Positions 1 through 11,317 of a stretch of 64,000 nucleotides of DNA are shown one piece after another. The first letter of the stretch is position 1, and each line of letters starts with the position of its first letter. The notes under the pieces were generated by a model. That model worked only from the letters and a program-made list of their open reading frames with translations, was not told the origin of the DNA and did no database searches. Position numbers and translations under genes: made by a program. Source of the stretch: Priapulus caudatus (taxonomy: Eukaryota); NCBI RefSeq assembly GCF_000485595.1, contig NW_014577072.1, positions 1,050,978 through 1,114,977 on the forward strand. The letters run 5' to 3'.

Positions 1-25
1 TAAAAATCGCTATGTGTGCGCCGGG

Positions 26-141
26 CTTTAGGGCGTCGATTCAGCACCAGCTCGCCTTAGGGCGTCCAGTCAGCAGCAGCTCGCCTTAGGCCGTCCAGTC
101 AGCAGCAGCTTGCCTTTGAACGTCCAGTCAGCAGCAGCCAG
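26..141. repeat. 29-bp tandem repeat x4
   Basis: Unit ccttagggcgtccagtcagcagcagctcg with a few substitutions. Confidence 0.85.
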
Positions 142-925
142 CAGCGAGCCAGCTGTTATACACATGTATACATGTTACACGCTCGCGGAGGTATGCACTC
201 TCTTTGAGTGCCCTCTGTCTAGTTTACTTTGTGCTCAGCTAGCTGTGCTAGCTGAATGCAGAGTGTCACGTTTAGAAGCTTTAGGCACCCTCATGTAGTC
301 TCTGTCTTCACACTGATTCCTGCCATATGGGGCAAATGGTGATTCAATGGGGTTGTTGTTGCTGTACGTTTGAGTTAAAGCGTGTATTGCGAGAATTTTC
401 CAGTGTTTTCTCCACTTTCATGATACCTACCGTTATTGCTTGAGTAACAGCAATTGTCTAGAGTAACAATAAAATGTCTTAGAACCTTCGTATTCACCGA
501 AAACCGCCAGTTTCGAACTAATCGTTTTTGTAAACATTCGTTTTCTGTCATCTTGAACTAACAGGAATTATGGATTAGCTTGTGGCGCCACCGCTTATCT
601 GCCATACCCACAGTACAGGCAGCCACTTGTTTTCAATTCATCACCGACACAAATACAAGTTTACCAATTCTGCCATTAGGCATTGTCTCGACACGATAAA
701 ATGCATTGCTGTTACGATGTGTTCATATCCAATTTTCTATGCTATAACTGCATAAAATCTTAGTATTTTTAATGTTGGTGTAATCGGTGATATTTTCGCT
801 GTCAGGTGAGACTATATTCAGCTATATGTAGTTTTTCTGAGCAAAAATCTCGCAATACACACTTTAATATTCTCATGCTGCTAATCTAGCATTGCTAACA
901 TGCCGCCTGATTTCATGCATTGCAG

Positions 926-1027
926 GTGATTCCAGTGACGATGCACACTGTCAGTGGTGGCAGCGGAGTGAAGATCGCTCAGTGTCTGGAGAACATGGTG
1001 GGAGCTGTTCGCACCAAAGTTTTGGAG
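926..1027 (+). CDS. KANSL3: KANSL3 exon (VIPVTMHT...TKVLE)
   Basis: tgcag| ... |gtacgt; 102 nt, phase 0/0. Confidence 0.9.
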
Positions 1028-4000
1028 GTACGTGTGTCACTGTACATAACTCCTCGACTCGGCCAGCTGTCTTCTCTATGATCTGCTGACTGCTGCGATG
1101 TTCATATAAAGCGCTCACAGCTATAAGCTTGATCGTATCTGTTGGTTGCTGTAACCTTGATGTGCTCAGTCATTCCTTCGATTTGCTGCGGTGGTTGTCC
1201 ACTGCAGTCATTATTGCTGTACTATGCTTAACCAGTTAACACGTTCAACGCAAAACACGAGTATACTCGTTCGAACCTGCAAAACGCACGACCGCGAAAC
1301 ACAGGTATACTCGTGGCAAAAAACAAAACAAAAATTTTGGAACGTTTACTATGTTCTTCTATAGATGGCAGGGGCTGTACGCTTAGAAATTCAACAGCGT
1401 CAGTGTATAAACCCCAGTCGTAGATGAAATAATTTATACAATGCTTTACTGTTGGTTGGAACGTTATTTTGGAAGTTTTTGGGACTGAGGTAATGTTTTT
1501 GGTTCACCTCGCCAAAGGGTGTTTGACCGCCAGTTGTTGTGAAGTTGTTTTGATGTCTAAGAGTTGTGTTTGATTTGATTGATCACCGGTGATTGATCAC
1601 GGGTGTTGTTTTGATGTCTGAGAGTAAGTTTATATCTATATTATACTAGCCACTAATTATAAATAATTTTATAGCTAGTTAAACCTGCCAAAAACATTTT
1701 GTGTAATAAGTGACTAAGCGGGGAAAATGCGAAACTTTTAGCACAGGGCGGTAGGTACATTGTTAACCATGCAGCGTTGAACGTGTTAACAAGCCTCCTC
1801 TGAATAAAACTTGCACTGATGTGTGTATAGCTTAGCAGATACCGATAGCAGTGTCGTATGACATACTCAGCCAACTTTATTTGAGATGGCAAAGAAGTGG
1901 CAGTATCTGACATTTCCCGACTTGTTAATCATTTGGTGTTATTTTTCTTTAGCTGCAGAGCCACTTTTCCAACCGTCCAGTTGTGCTGTTGGGGTGGGGC
2001 GTTGGCTCTCTGGTGGCATGTCACGTAAGATATAATTGATTTGGTAGTTGAAGTTGCAGGTGCGCATGTACACCGAATGCTGGTTACCTATGTGTCACTA
2101 ATGTTTATTTCCTTACTCAAATGTACATGTCATTTCTGGGATCGATATCCAGCGACCAGCATGCATTCTTGCATTTGATTAATTGATTTTTCTAATCGAT
2201 TTTCCGTGTTTGTTCATAGGTGGCGTTAGTAGAACATGTGACAGCTGTCGTGTGCTTGGGATTTCCCTTCATGGGAATAAACGGTGGCAGAGGGGTAAGC
2301 AAATATCAACCAGCTTCAACCTCTGACTCAGCTTCAACAATCAATCCTCAATCCTGCACCGGTGTTTTTCCTGTGAAAGTCTTTGCGAAAATTTCTGCAT
2401 ATATGTTAAGTTTTCATGCATTAAAAAAACTTTTGATGTTTACGTCTCGGCAGGACGTCGATGATGTGCTTCTCGAGTGTCAAGTGCCCGTACTTTTCGT
2501 GCTTGGACAGAATGCTTCAACCTGCAATGTAGATGACATGGAAGGTAAAATCTTCTCACATTGTCCCCACCCTTTTACCAAGGTGTTTACCTGCGGCCGG
2601 TTTCACGAAGCATGATTCACTTTAATTATGATTAAATCACTAATCATACTTAACATCCTGTAATTATGATTAGTAATTAGTTAATCATACTTAAAAATCT
2701 GTTTCACGAAGCGATTTAAGTACAGCGAATGAAACATGAATTACACTGTATTCAAAATGACGGACAACGCCAAAAGTATCTGCAAATTCGGTACATGAAA
2801 ATGAATTAATTTGCAATTATAATGACTAAATTAGTACAGCTAATCTTAGATAATTTAAATTTTCTTGGGAAAAAATTGAAGTAAAATTTCCAATTGTAAA
2901 ATCTGCTACCTACTTAATATACTAGTACTACCTACATACTACTACTTGTACTAGCAACTAATCTTGATTAGTGGATTTAATCATGCTCCTGAGTAAAATT
3001 AAATATTGTGATTAACTTAACCATGATTAAAGTTAATTACGCTTTGTGAAACAGTCCCTTCAATTTAAGTACGAGAAGTTAATCATTATTAGTGATTTAA
3101 TCATGATTAAGGACTTAATTACGCTTCGTGAAACCGGCCCCTGGGTTTTGGCACTCGGAGATGATACTCTGATGCACTTACACATGGGGGAAAATTTGGC
3201 TCCTGTTTGCTTTTTGGTGAAGTCGTGATCGATTCCATGCGTCACTTTTTTGTAATAGAGTAGAGGGTAGTGTAAGTCACGGGAAAATTGTAGTGGATGA
3301 GTTTCAAGTACAGCTGGGACGCTCAGAATGCAGTGTAACAGTTCGTTGTCTGCTGCAGACTTTCGTGAGAAGATGAAAGCCGATAACAGCCTGGTCGTGG
3401 TGGGAGGAGCAGACGACCTTCTGCGAGTGACGCGCGCAAAGAAGAAGCTAGAGGGCGTGACACAGAGCATGATTGATAGATGCATTATGGTACATACATT
3501 ATAATCGTATAACCTGTTTCCAACCTGGCCGCCTCTAATCATTGGTGGTCTGCATATTTGCTAGCATTGCATAACATGGTAGTAACAACAAGTGTATAAA
3601 TGATACGCATTGGGATTCTTTAAGATTTGGGTTCTTAAGCCTGACGCACACGTGAGTTATTTTACTCAAGTAAAATGACGCATGAGTCATTTTACTCACG
3701 TGTGCAGTGGATTTTCGTTGAGTAATTTGACTCATGCGTCATTTTACTTGAGTAAAATAACTCACGTGTGCGCCTGGCTTTAGATGCAATTTTTGGTTAA
3801 TTTACACATATCCTGAGAACTACGCTCCTATGTTGCTATCTGGTTCGTTTTAGGATTTGATTTTGTAGCATGTCCTTCACTTACCCAATGCGATTTTTAC
3901 TGTAGCAATTTTTTGTGATCTGTGTGCATGTCAGTTGCTGAATGTCTCGCATGTTTCTTGATGAATGCTTTGCGAAGAATCGCAAACTTGTGATGTGTGG

Positions 4001-7000
4001 CTTTCAGGACGAGATCGGAGACTTTCTTGGCGGTGTCGTCTCGCAGTCTTCCGCCGCGACCCCAGAGGCAGAGTTGCCGTCACCAACAGAGGTGGACAAG
4101 CGTAGGACGCCGAAGAAGCGGCGATCGTCTCGAGAGCTTGCTGCCGGCCACACTCAGAGTGTGAAATCTCCCGCCCGCTCGCCTGCCACAACCACAACTC
4201 TGGTACGGCTCTTCCTCCATCTATCGTTCACGCGTTCTAGAGTTTTTGCATCACAGCTCTCATTAGCTGCCTTGATTTCCGAATGCTAATCGTGTTTGGT
4301 CATTTCGCTTTTCTGATTGGCTGGACAATGCGCCGGACAATATATTGGTCTCGGGACGTGCTATCGTCAGTGTATAAAAAAGTTACTGCTCACTTTTCAT
4401 TTATGTAACCTGCCTTTCTACGTGCAGACCGGCTTGCGAGGGGGAGTCGTGTCTAATACAGGAAACACACTAACCAGCATTGGATCCCCAGCGGCGTTAT
4501 CCCTACAGGCTTCTATACTGGCGCTCAGCAAGGATGGTGCCACGACCAAGAGTAAGTGTGATAGCTTTCCTTGCAATGATGAGCTTCAGGTGTGTGAGTG
4601 TGAATCACCTAATCAAGTTGGTCATCTTGGTGTTTCTTGTTCCTGTCAATTTTCATTGTTGTTGTTGGTGTAACCTCACCGTTGGTATTTCCCAAGTGTA
4701 AGGACTACTAGTAGCTGGTATATTATTGTCACATACTATACCAGGTAGAGTAGTAATAAAATCTATGTAGTACTGGATCCTACCAATTACATTGCCATCT
4801 TTGTCGACTCTCTTACATTACGATTCACTGTGAGTGAACAGTACCACTGCATTAGGTACTTTTAAGCGATATCATCTGCCCGCTCATATCTTGTAAAGAA
4901 ATGTTGTAAAGGCAACTGTCAAGTAAGATTTTGCTCATAAAAGCATTTTAATCGTCCTTCTAATTTTTGGCTTCTGTGTTTCCAGCCAAGCGCACGTACA
5001 AACGAAGGCAGCCGAAGAGTCCCCTAGACTCTCTCCCCGTGGGTGGAAAGCGGGGACGACCCCCCAATGATGGTGCGACGAGTGCATCTGCCAAACAAAT
5101 CGTCACCTCGTATAATAAGGTGATTGGACAGGCTGGACCAGCACGTGCCAGCACTGCGGGACAACCTGGCAGTCTCCTTCAGGGCCTCAGCTTCAATCTT
5201 CAGAGCACGAGTACAGAGTCGCCGGTAGCGTCACCGACTAAGCCTGTCCTGCAGACGACGATCGGCTACTACCAGGGTTCACTGTCCTACATGCCCACGT
5301 CGAAGACGCCGACGTGCGTGGCTCTCACAACGCCCACGATTCAGCACCTCCTACAGTCGGGCATACCCCGCTCGACCAGCGGCCAAACTCTGACGCAGGG
5401 GTCTGTCGTCGTCACCCCGTCTGTCCTTGCGCAGTCCCCTGTGGTGGCGCCGCGCATCGTACAGGCGCCGCAGCGTGGCCGGACGAGCGGCGGCCCGCAA
5501 AAGGTGCTGTACCACGACTTCCCGCTGACCGGCGGCGGATTCAAGCCGGCGGCCGGCGCGCACCCGAAGATACTGACCGTCGGCGAGCGGCCAAAGCCGG
5601 CCACCGTGCACGTAGCGGTCGGGCGGCCGGCGGCAGCAGCGGCGGCGGCCGCTCGACCCGCGGGCCGCGGGCGCCCGCCGCCTCCGACGTGCGGCGCGCA
5701 GACGACGGCGGTCGGCTCGCTATCGATCGCCGCGCTGCTGGGTCACATCAAGGCGACGTCGACGAGCGGCGGGCAGGCCTACCACGTGCGCTTCACGGGC
5801 CCCGGCGGCGCGGCGGCGTCCCCAACGCTGCGCGCAGCTCCCGTCGCGTACGCGCCCGTGCGCGCGCCGGCGACGCCTGCCGTGTCGGACAGCGTCACAC
5901 GGCCGCTGAGCATCGACATTCCACGGCAGGAGGCGGCCGAGTTGGTCGGCACGAGCAAGCTGTTGCAGACGCTCACTGCGGGAAAGCTGAGGGACGAGGC
6001 AGCGGCAGCCCAGCAGGCAGCCCTGCAGACAGCGAAGGAAGCTGAAGCTCCTCAGTCATCGCAGCATTCAAGTCGAGAGAAGTCACCGCTGCGGACGTCG
6101 CAAAATGGAACCAAACAACCGATGCAACTGGTGGCCCAACAGGCAGCGCAACAAAAATCAACAAAGCAATTGACTAGTCAACTTTCACAGCCACTGACCA
6201 CCCTGCTGACAGCCAAGCAGGTTACACAGCAGACAGTGGAACAGCCAGCCCAGCAAGCAAACTCACAGACAGAGCAAGCAACCCAGCAGACCAAACAATC
6301 TCCAACCCAGCAGACAGCACAGCAGCAAATACAGCTAGCAACTCCACAGACAGCACAATCAGAGCCTCCAACCATACAGGCAACCCTACAAGCGACCCAA
6401 CAGACGACAGAGCAGCCAGCCCAACAAGCAACACCACAGGCAGCACAACCTCAGGCCCAGCAAGCAAGCTCGCAGCCAGCACAAAAGCTAGATCAACAAA
6501 CCACACAACAGCCAGCCCAGCAAGCAACACCACAGACAGCACAACCTCAGGCCCAGCAAGCAAGCTCGCAGACAGAGCAGCCTCAAGCCCAGCTAGCAAA
6601 CCCACAGACAGCACAATCTGAAGTTCAGAACGCAACCCCACAGACAACACAATCTGAAGTTCAGAACGCAACCCCACAGACAACACAATCTGAAGCTCAG
6701 AAAGCAACTCCACAGGCAGCACACTCTCAAGCTCAGAGAGCAACCCTACATATAGTGGAAAAGACACCACAACAAGTAACGCAACAGACAGCACAACAAG
6801 CTGCCCAGCAAGCAAACCCGCAGACAGCACAACAGGCTGCCCAGCAAGTAACCCCACAGACAGCACAACAGGCTGCCCAGCAAGTAACCTCACAGACAGC
6901 ACAACAGGCTGCCCAGCAAGTAACCTCACAGACAGCACAACAGGCTGCCCAGCAAGCAAACCCACAGACAGCACAACAGGCTGCCCAGCAAGCAAACCCA

Positions 7001-8587
7001 CAGACAACACAACAGGCCGCCCAGCAAGTAACCTCACAGACAACACAAGCTGCCCAGCAAGTAACCCCACAGACAGCACAACAGGCTGACCAGCAAGTAA
7101 ACCCACAGACAACACAACAGGCTGCCCAGCAAGTAAACCCACAGACAACACAACAGGCCGCCCAGCAAGTAACCTCACAGACAACACAAGCTGCCCAGCA
7201 AGTAACCCCACAGACAGCACAGCAGGCTGCCCAGCAAGTAAACCCACAGACACCACAACAGACAGTTCAACAGACACTCCACCATGCGGCCAAGCAGGCA
7301 GTTCAACAGGCTGGCTCTTCACACAAAGCAGGCAGTGTTGAGGATGATGAAGATGTCGCAAAGGTGCCAGTGTCATCCTCTGTGAGCAAGGCCCTTGAGC
7401 ACCTACGCAAGGGCTCACCTATCCAACTGCTTGTAAGCCAAGCAGCAGAATCGAAGCTGAAAGAGAAGACAGCAATATTGGTGACTGAAACAAACGCACC
7501 GGTCGTGCCAGCACCTACGACTACATCGGCTATGTCATCGCTCGTCACCTCCCCGTCGACACAGACTCCAGCCGGGAGGGTAGCGTCTCCGACGGTGGTG
7601 GCAAGTCAGACCGATTGTCAAGTCTTGGCAACGGTTACGATGGAAGACAGTACTGAAAACACTGCCGGTGAGAGCACATCTACACAGCAACAGCAGACAG
7701 GACAGCAAGCTGTGGAAGAGGTCCTTGTTTGCAAAGGCAGAAAAGATCAGGAGACACCGACGAGGTGGCCGAAGCTTTTCCAACCAGCTCCAGCTGAAAC
7801 GGGTATAGTTTTGACAGATAGTGCTAGGCCAGGCAAAGAAATGCCGACGGTTTTACCTAAGCAACTTGATAAGGAAGACGTTGTTGATCTCACGTATTCT
7901 CCACCGCAGACTACAGCCGTTTCGAAAACGAAAATGGTCGATTCTGCCAGGATTGTTCCAGTGCTTTCAGCTGAGAAGCATCCCGGTCCTGAAGAAACTG
8001 CTGCCGATTCAGGATTGATGTTGCTAGCATCCGCAGCAGCAGGGACGTCATCTCGTTTGCCACACTCCCATGTAGCGAGTGATTCATCTGTATTACAGAG
8101 CACCTCCCGCATGCCTGAACCTGCACCATTGAGCCACCACGCTGCGATGGATTCTTTGCTTACACGAGAAATTTCACCGACCACAGACGTGTCGTCAGGC
8201 AGGTTAGTGGCATTGGCAGACTCGAGTTCCATGACAGCATCGCCCATTGCGATGGCATCATCACAACTGATCTTGGAGTCGGTGTCGAGTACTAACGCTG
8301 TGGATAACTCGGCAAATCGGTCTGTGGTTTCTACGCCGTCTTTGCCGGACGCCATTTTGGATCCAGGTGACCCAGCGTCTGGCACGGAATCCGTATCAGA
8401 AAGCGAGTCCTCTTCGTCGGCACCACCGGAACCATCTTCTCAACAAGTGGCTTTAGATTGTAGGGATCCGACAGCACCCTCTGTTGGCAACCCGGCCATG
8501 TCAAAGTCGAACAAAGGTTCGATTCCGTTTCCAACAATCGCTGCAACACGAACACGTAGATCAAAGACTACTCGCAGCTACTTCTGA
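926..8587 (+). CDS. KANSL3: KAT8 regulatory NSL complex subunit 3, 3' part (8 exons, 5' end outside window)
   Basis: Exons 926-1027, 1953-2024, 2220-2294, 2454-2544, 3359-3489, 4008-4202, 4428-4551, 4986-8587. All are AG/GT-bounded and phase-consistent (4392 nt). Translation [123 protein letters not shown] matches, from memory, the conserved C-terminal domain of animal KANSL3/Rcd1. Confidence 0.93.
1240..1785. mobile_element. piggyBac-like non-autonomous element
   Basis: 12-bp terminal inverted repeats (TIRs) cacgttcaacgc/gcgttgaacgtg flanked by TTAA at 1236-1239 and 1786-1789. Confidence 0.8.
1953..2024 (+). CDS. KANSL3: KANSL3 exon ([24 protein letters not shown])
   Basis: tttag| ... |gtaaga; 72 nt. 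Confidence 0.92.
2220..2294 (+). CDS. KANSL3: KANSL3 exon ([25 protein letters not shown])
   Basis: catag| ... |gtaagc; 75 nt. Confidence 0.92.
2454..2544 (+). CDS. KANSL3: KANSL3 exon ([30 protein letters not shown])
   Basis: ggcag| ... |gtaaaa; phase 0/1. Confidence 0.92.
2594..3140. mobile_element. Harbinger/PIF-like MITE (CWG TSD)
   Basis: TIR ggccggtttcacgaagc/gcttcgtgaaaccggcc, longer imperfect inverted subterminal repeats, CTG at 2591-2593 and 3141-3143. Confidence 0.8.
3359..3489 (+). CDS. KANSL3: KANSL3 exon ([20 protein letters not shown]...DRCIM)
   Basis: tgcag| ... |gtacat; phase 1/0. Confidence 0.92.
3638..3779. mobile_element. Harbinger/Tourist-like hairpin MITE (TTA TSD)
   Basis: About 52-bp inverted arms agcctgacgcacacgtgagttattttactcaagtaaaatgacgcatgagtca; TTA on both sides. 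Confidence 0.85.
4008..4202 (+). CDS. KANSL3: KANSL3 exon ([11 protein letters not shown]...TTTL, basic cluster KRRTPKKRR)
   Basis: ttcag| ... |gtacgg; 195 nt. Confidence 0.85.
4428..4551 (+). CDS. KANSL3: KANSL3 exon (TGLRGGVV...GATTK)
   Basis: tgcag| ... |gtaagt; phase 0/1 links the previous exon to the terminal exon in frame. Confidence 0.75.
4986..8587 (+). CDS. KANSL3: KANSL3 giant terminal exon, Q/T/A/P/S-rich low-complexity tail with AT-hook motifs
   Basis: tttccag| acceptor in phase with ORF 4967..8587; 3602 nt without a stop; TGA at 8585-8587. Confidence 0.8.
6230..7270 (+). repeat. Coding minisatellite, 36-bp (12-aa) unit e.g. [12 protein letters not shown]
   Basis: Near-perfect units cagacagcacaacaggctgcccagcaagtaacccca at about 6785-7260; diverged units ([12 protein letters not shown]) upstream. 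Confidence 0.9.
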
Positions 8588-9125
8588 GCATTGTAGGTGA
8601 GCTCAGTTATGACTAGAACGTTATTAGCATGCTTAGTGTAACCATCGGACAGTTAAGGCATGGTGGATAAAATGTTGTGTTTTTAGTGTCGTAAAATTCT
8701 ATTATACTATATTTCTTCCTTACGGATTATTGATTGTACCTACGTTATTGGCAAATTCGCCACGGGCATGAATCATTATTGGAAAATATATTAGATAGTG
8801 GTTTACTTATCACGAGGCGCCTCTATGTACTTTGCACGTGACAGCACGAATATACTCTGCCACATGTGGATACATGCGTGTTTCTTCAGATTTATAGATT
8901 AAATCATCGAAATTGATAGTTATTCTGCTTGGCTTTTCGTTTGTAACTGTATATAAATGTATATTAAAAAAATGGAAACCAATACCTTTATGTTAAAGAT
9001 GTTAAAATGAAAAGGAATTGTGTGCAAGAATAGAGAATAGACATCTATTCTTTACTTTTAGTATATTAATAATTGTGATAACCCTATGATAACCTGATTG
9101 CCACTTGACACGATCACCATAACAT

Positions 9126-9171
9126 CAGGAGTCTATCAATATATATATATTAATAGACTCCTGCCAGCCTG
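9126..9171. mobile_element. Micro-foldback, P/Galileo-like
   Basis: caggagtcta..(at)n..tagactcctg followed by ccagcctg; ataacat repeated at 9119-9125 and 9172-9178. Confidence 0.55.
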
Positions 9172-10765
9172 ATAACATTTAACCTTGCATCGAGTGCCGA
9201 TGCAAACTGCATTTATTTCAAGTTACAGCCGAGTAGTGGTAGTCTGGCTAGCTAATAATTACTTAATAATGGCTATATTTTATATTCGTATATTCGTATT
9301 CGTATTTTCTATACGTATATGAAAACAACCATTGCTTCTGCTCAAAAATATTCTGAATCACAATCATTAGTTCATTGATTATGCATATCAAAGAAAAACT
9401 TTGCCTTTTAAAAGTGTTCAAATAGTTTCCGAATTTCGCAGCGCTGATCATGACTCGAGACACCCGGCGTGATCATGAGGTATACTGGTATAGCAGTTAT
9501 ATAGTGAAATAGAAGTTTATATGTTATCATGTGCACACGTGCGCTTGTTATGAAAGGGGTCGCGCACACTCCGCAGGTTTCCTATTGCGCCTCGCTTAGC
9601 CACTGGAACCGACGCTGCACGTTCTGCTGTGTCCTCGTCTGCGGCATGACTGCCCGTAGCCAAGGTAGTTCTAGTTGCGCGTCTTGATGAGGAGAAGCAC
9701 GTGCGCAAAAAATCACTGTCCGTCTGGGAATTGGTTGCGACAGCTTGGGTCCTAGATGGCTTCATCTACGCTGTTCATATTCGGTATCTAGGGTCAACTA
9801 AATCGATTTTCACGTTTCGAAACTGGGCAGTTTACATGTCCTTGGAGTGCGTATAGTAGCTTTACGACTGAGCATTTTCGTAAGCTCGTACTCGTCAAGA
9901 TCACTAACCCTAACCCTGACTTTTATGGTTATTTACAATTTTAGACATTACTTTTTCAGTCGCTCCATAGTCCCGTTAGCCAGGCCAGAGGCAACGGCCC
10001 TGGAAAATCGCTCAAGTTCAAGTTGCAATATACCGTAGTTTTACTTTCATCACTCGGGCGCTATTGCATAATATTAAGAGCCCATAATACTTTTATTATG
10101 ACTTGATAACACCTACCGGGATTGGATAGTATAATAATGAAATTCGGTTATATACAAATATGTGCGTAGTGTGTAAATAGTAATAGTCAATCTTGGTGCG
10201 TGTTTGTCTGCGTGTGCGAACGAGCGAGCAAACTTAGCGTGCGCGTGCGTGCGCGTAGGTGATCACTACGACCACATACCACGCGAGGTGTAACTAAGGA
10301 CGGCGGGACTTGTATAAGAATGAAAGTAAACGTCAGCAACTCCTGCAACAGCTTTCTGGTACTGGTATGCCCTTATCTACGGGCTGACCTGCGCGCGTTG
10401 CGGAACTTTTGTGTGTTTACCGCTCTCAGGTTTAGTTTAACATTCCGATCTTTAGGCGAATTGCAATTTCAAGGCTCACTATGGAGTTTTATTACCATCC
10501 TCTCATCTGTGTCTGCACGACTAGCCACACTGACTTACATGCATACAAATTGCGCCGGTGCTCCATCCCCCTATTCATAGGCGCCTGACCAAGGTCAGGC
10601 AAGTAATACAGAAGTTTACGCTAACCTGGCACGCATCACACTTGATGTGACCCATGCATTCACGCTTACTGCTATTGTTTGTGGCATTCTTGCGGACAAC
10701 GTGAATAAGTAATGATTGTAAACATTATTAAATATATATATATTATTATATATATATATATGTAT

Positions 10766-10802
<37 letters not shown>

Positions 10803-11119
10803 TATTATATGAAGGGCGCATAGATTAGGTGTGTTATTATGTGATTAAGTTATATATATACGTATCAGTATGTAATCTTCCGCTTCATTACTATAACCAT
10901 CGTTTTTGTAGAAAACCTATAGAATTACATATTACCAAGTACATACTCTCATATCATACGTCCGGCACGTGTACATATCAACACTGATAAATACGTTGTT
11001 AATACAGGTATATGCCATTTATTGTTTATTCTTTATCATTACTGTACCGGATCGTGCGAGGTTTCCTCGGTGTGGCTCCCGCGTTGTCCATGTTCACGCA
11101 CAGTGCAAGTGAAGCTGAT

Positions 11120-11317
11120 AGGGTCTGTGTCTCTCTGGGTACTGCCGGAACGTACCCTGGGTACTCCGTAGCGCACTAGGCGTAGGCGACTTCCTAGCCT
11201 CGTTAGTGGAGTAGGCGAGGTACGGTCCGGCATATTTGAAAGTTACTAGGGTACGTTCCGGTATACCGGACCGTACCCAGGGTACGTTCCGGCAGTACCC
11301 AGGGAGACATAGACCCT
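11120..11317. mobile_element. Palindromic MITE, family shared with 49409-49661
   Basis: Arms agggtctgtgtctctctgggtactgccggaacgtaccctgggtac / gtacccagggtacgttccggcagtacccagggagacatagaccct. Confidence 0.85.

Noticed and set aside
5314..6045. 243-aa Arg-rich overlapping ORF
   Set aside because: Alternative frame of a very GC-rich exon where stop codons are rare.
6222..7418. 398-aa minus-strand ORF ([11 protein letters not shown] repeats)
   Set aside because: Antisense shadow of the 36-bp coding repeat; the lack of stops follows from the repeat composition.
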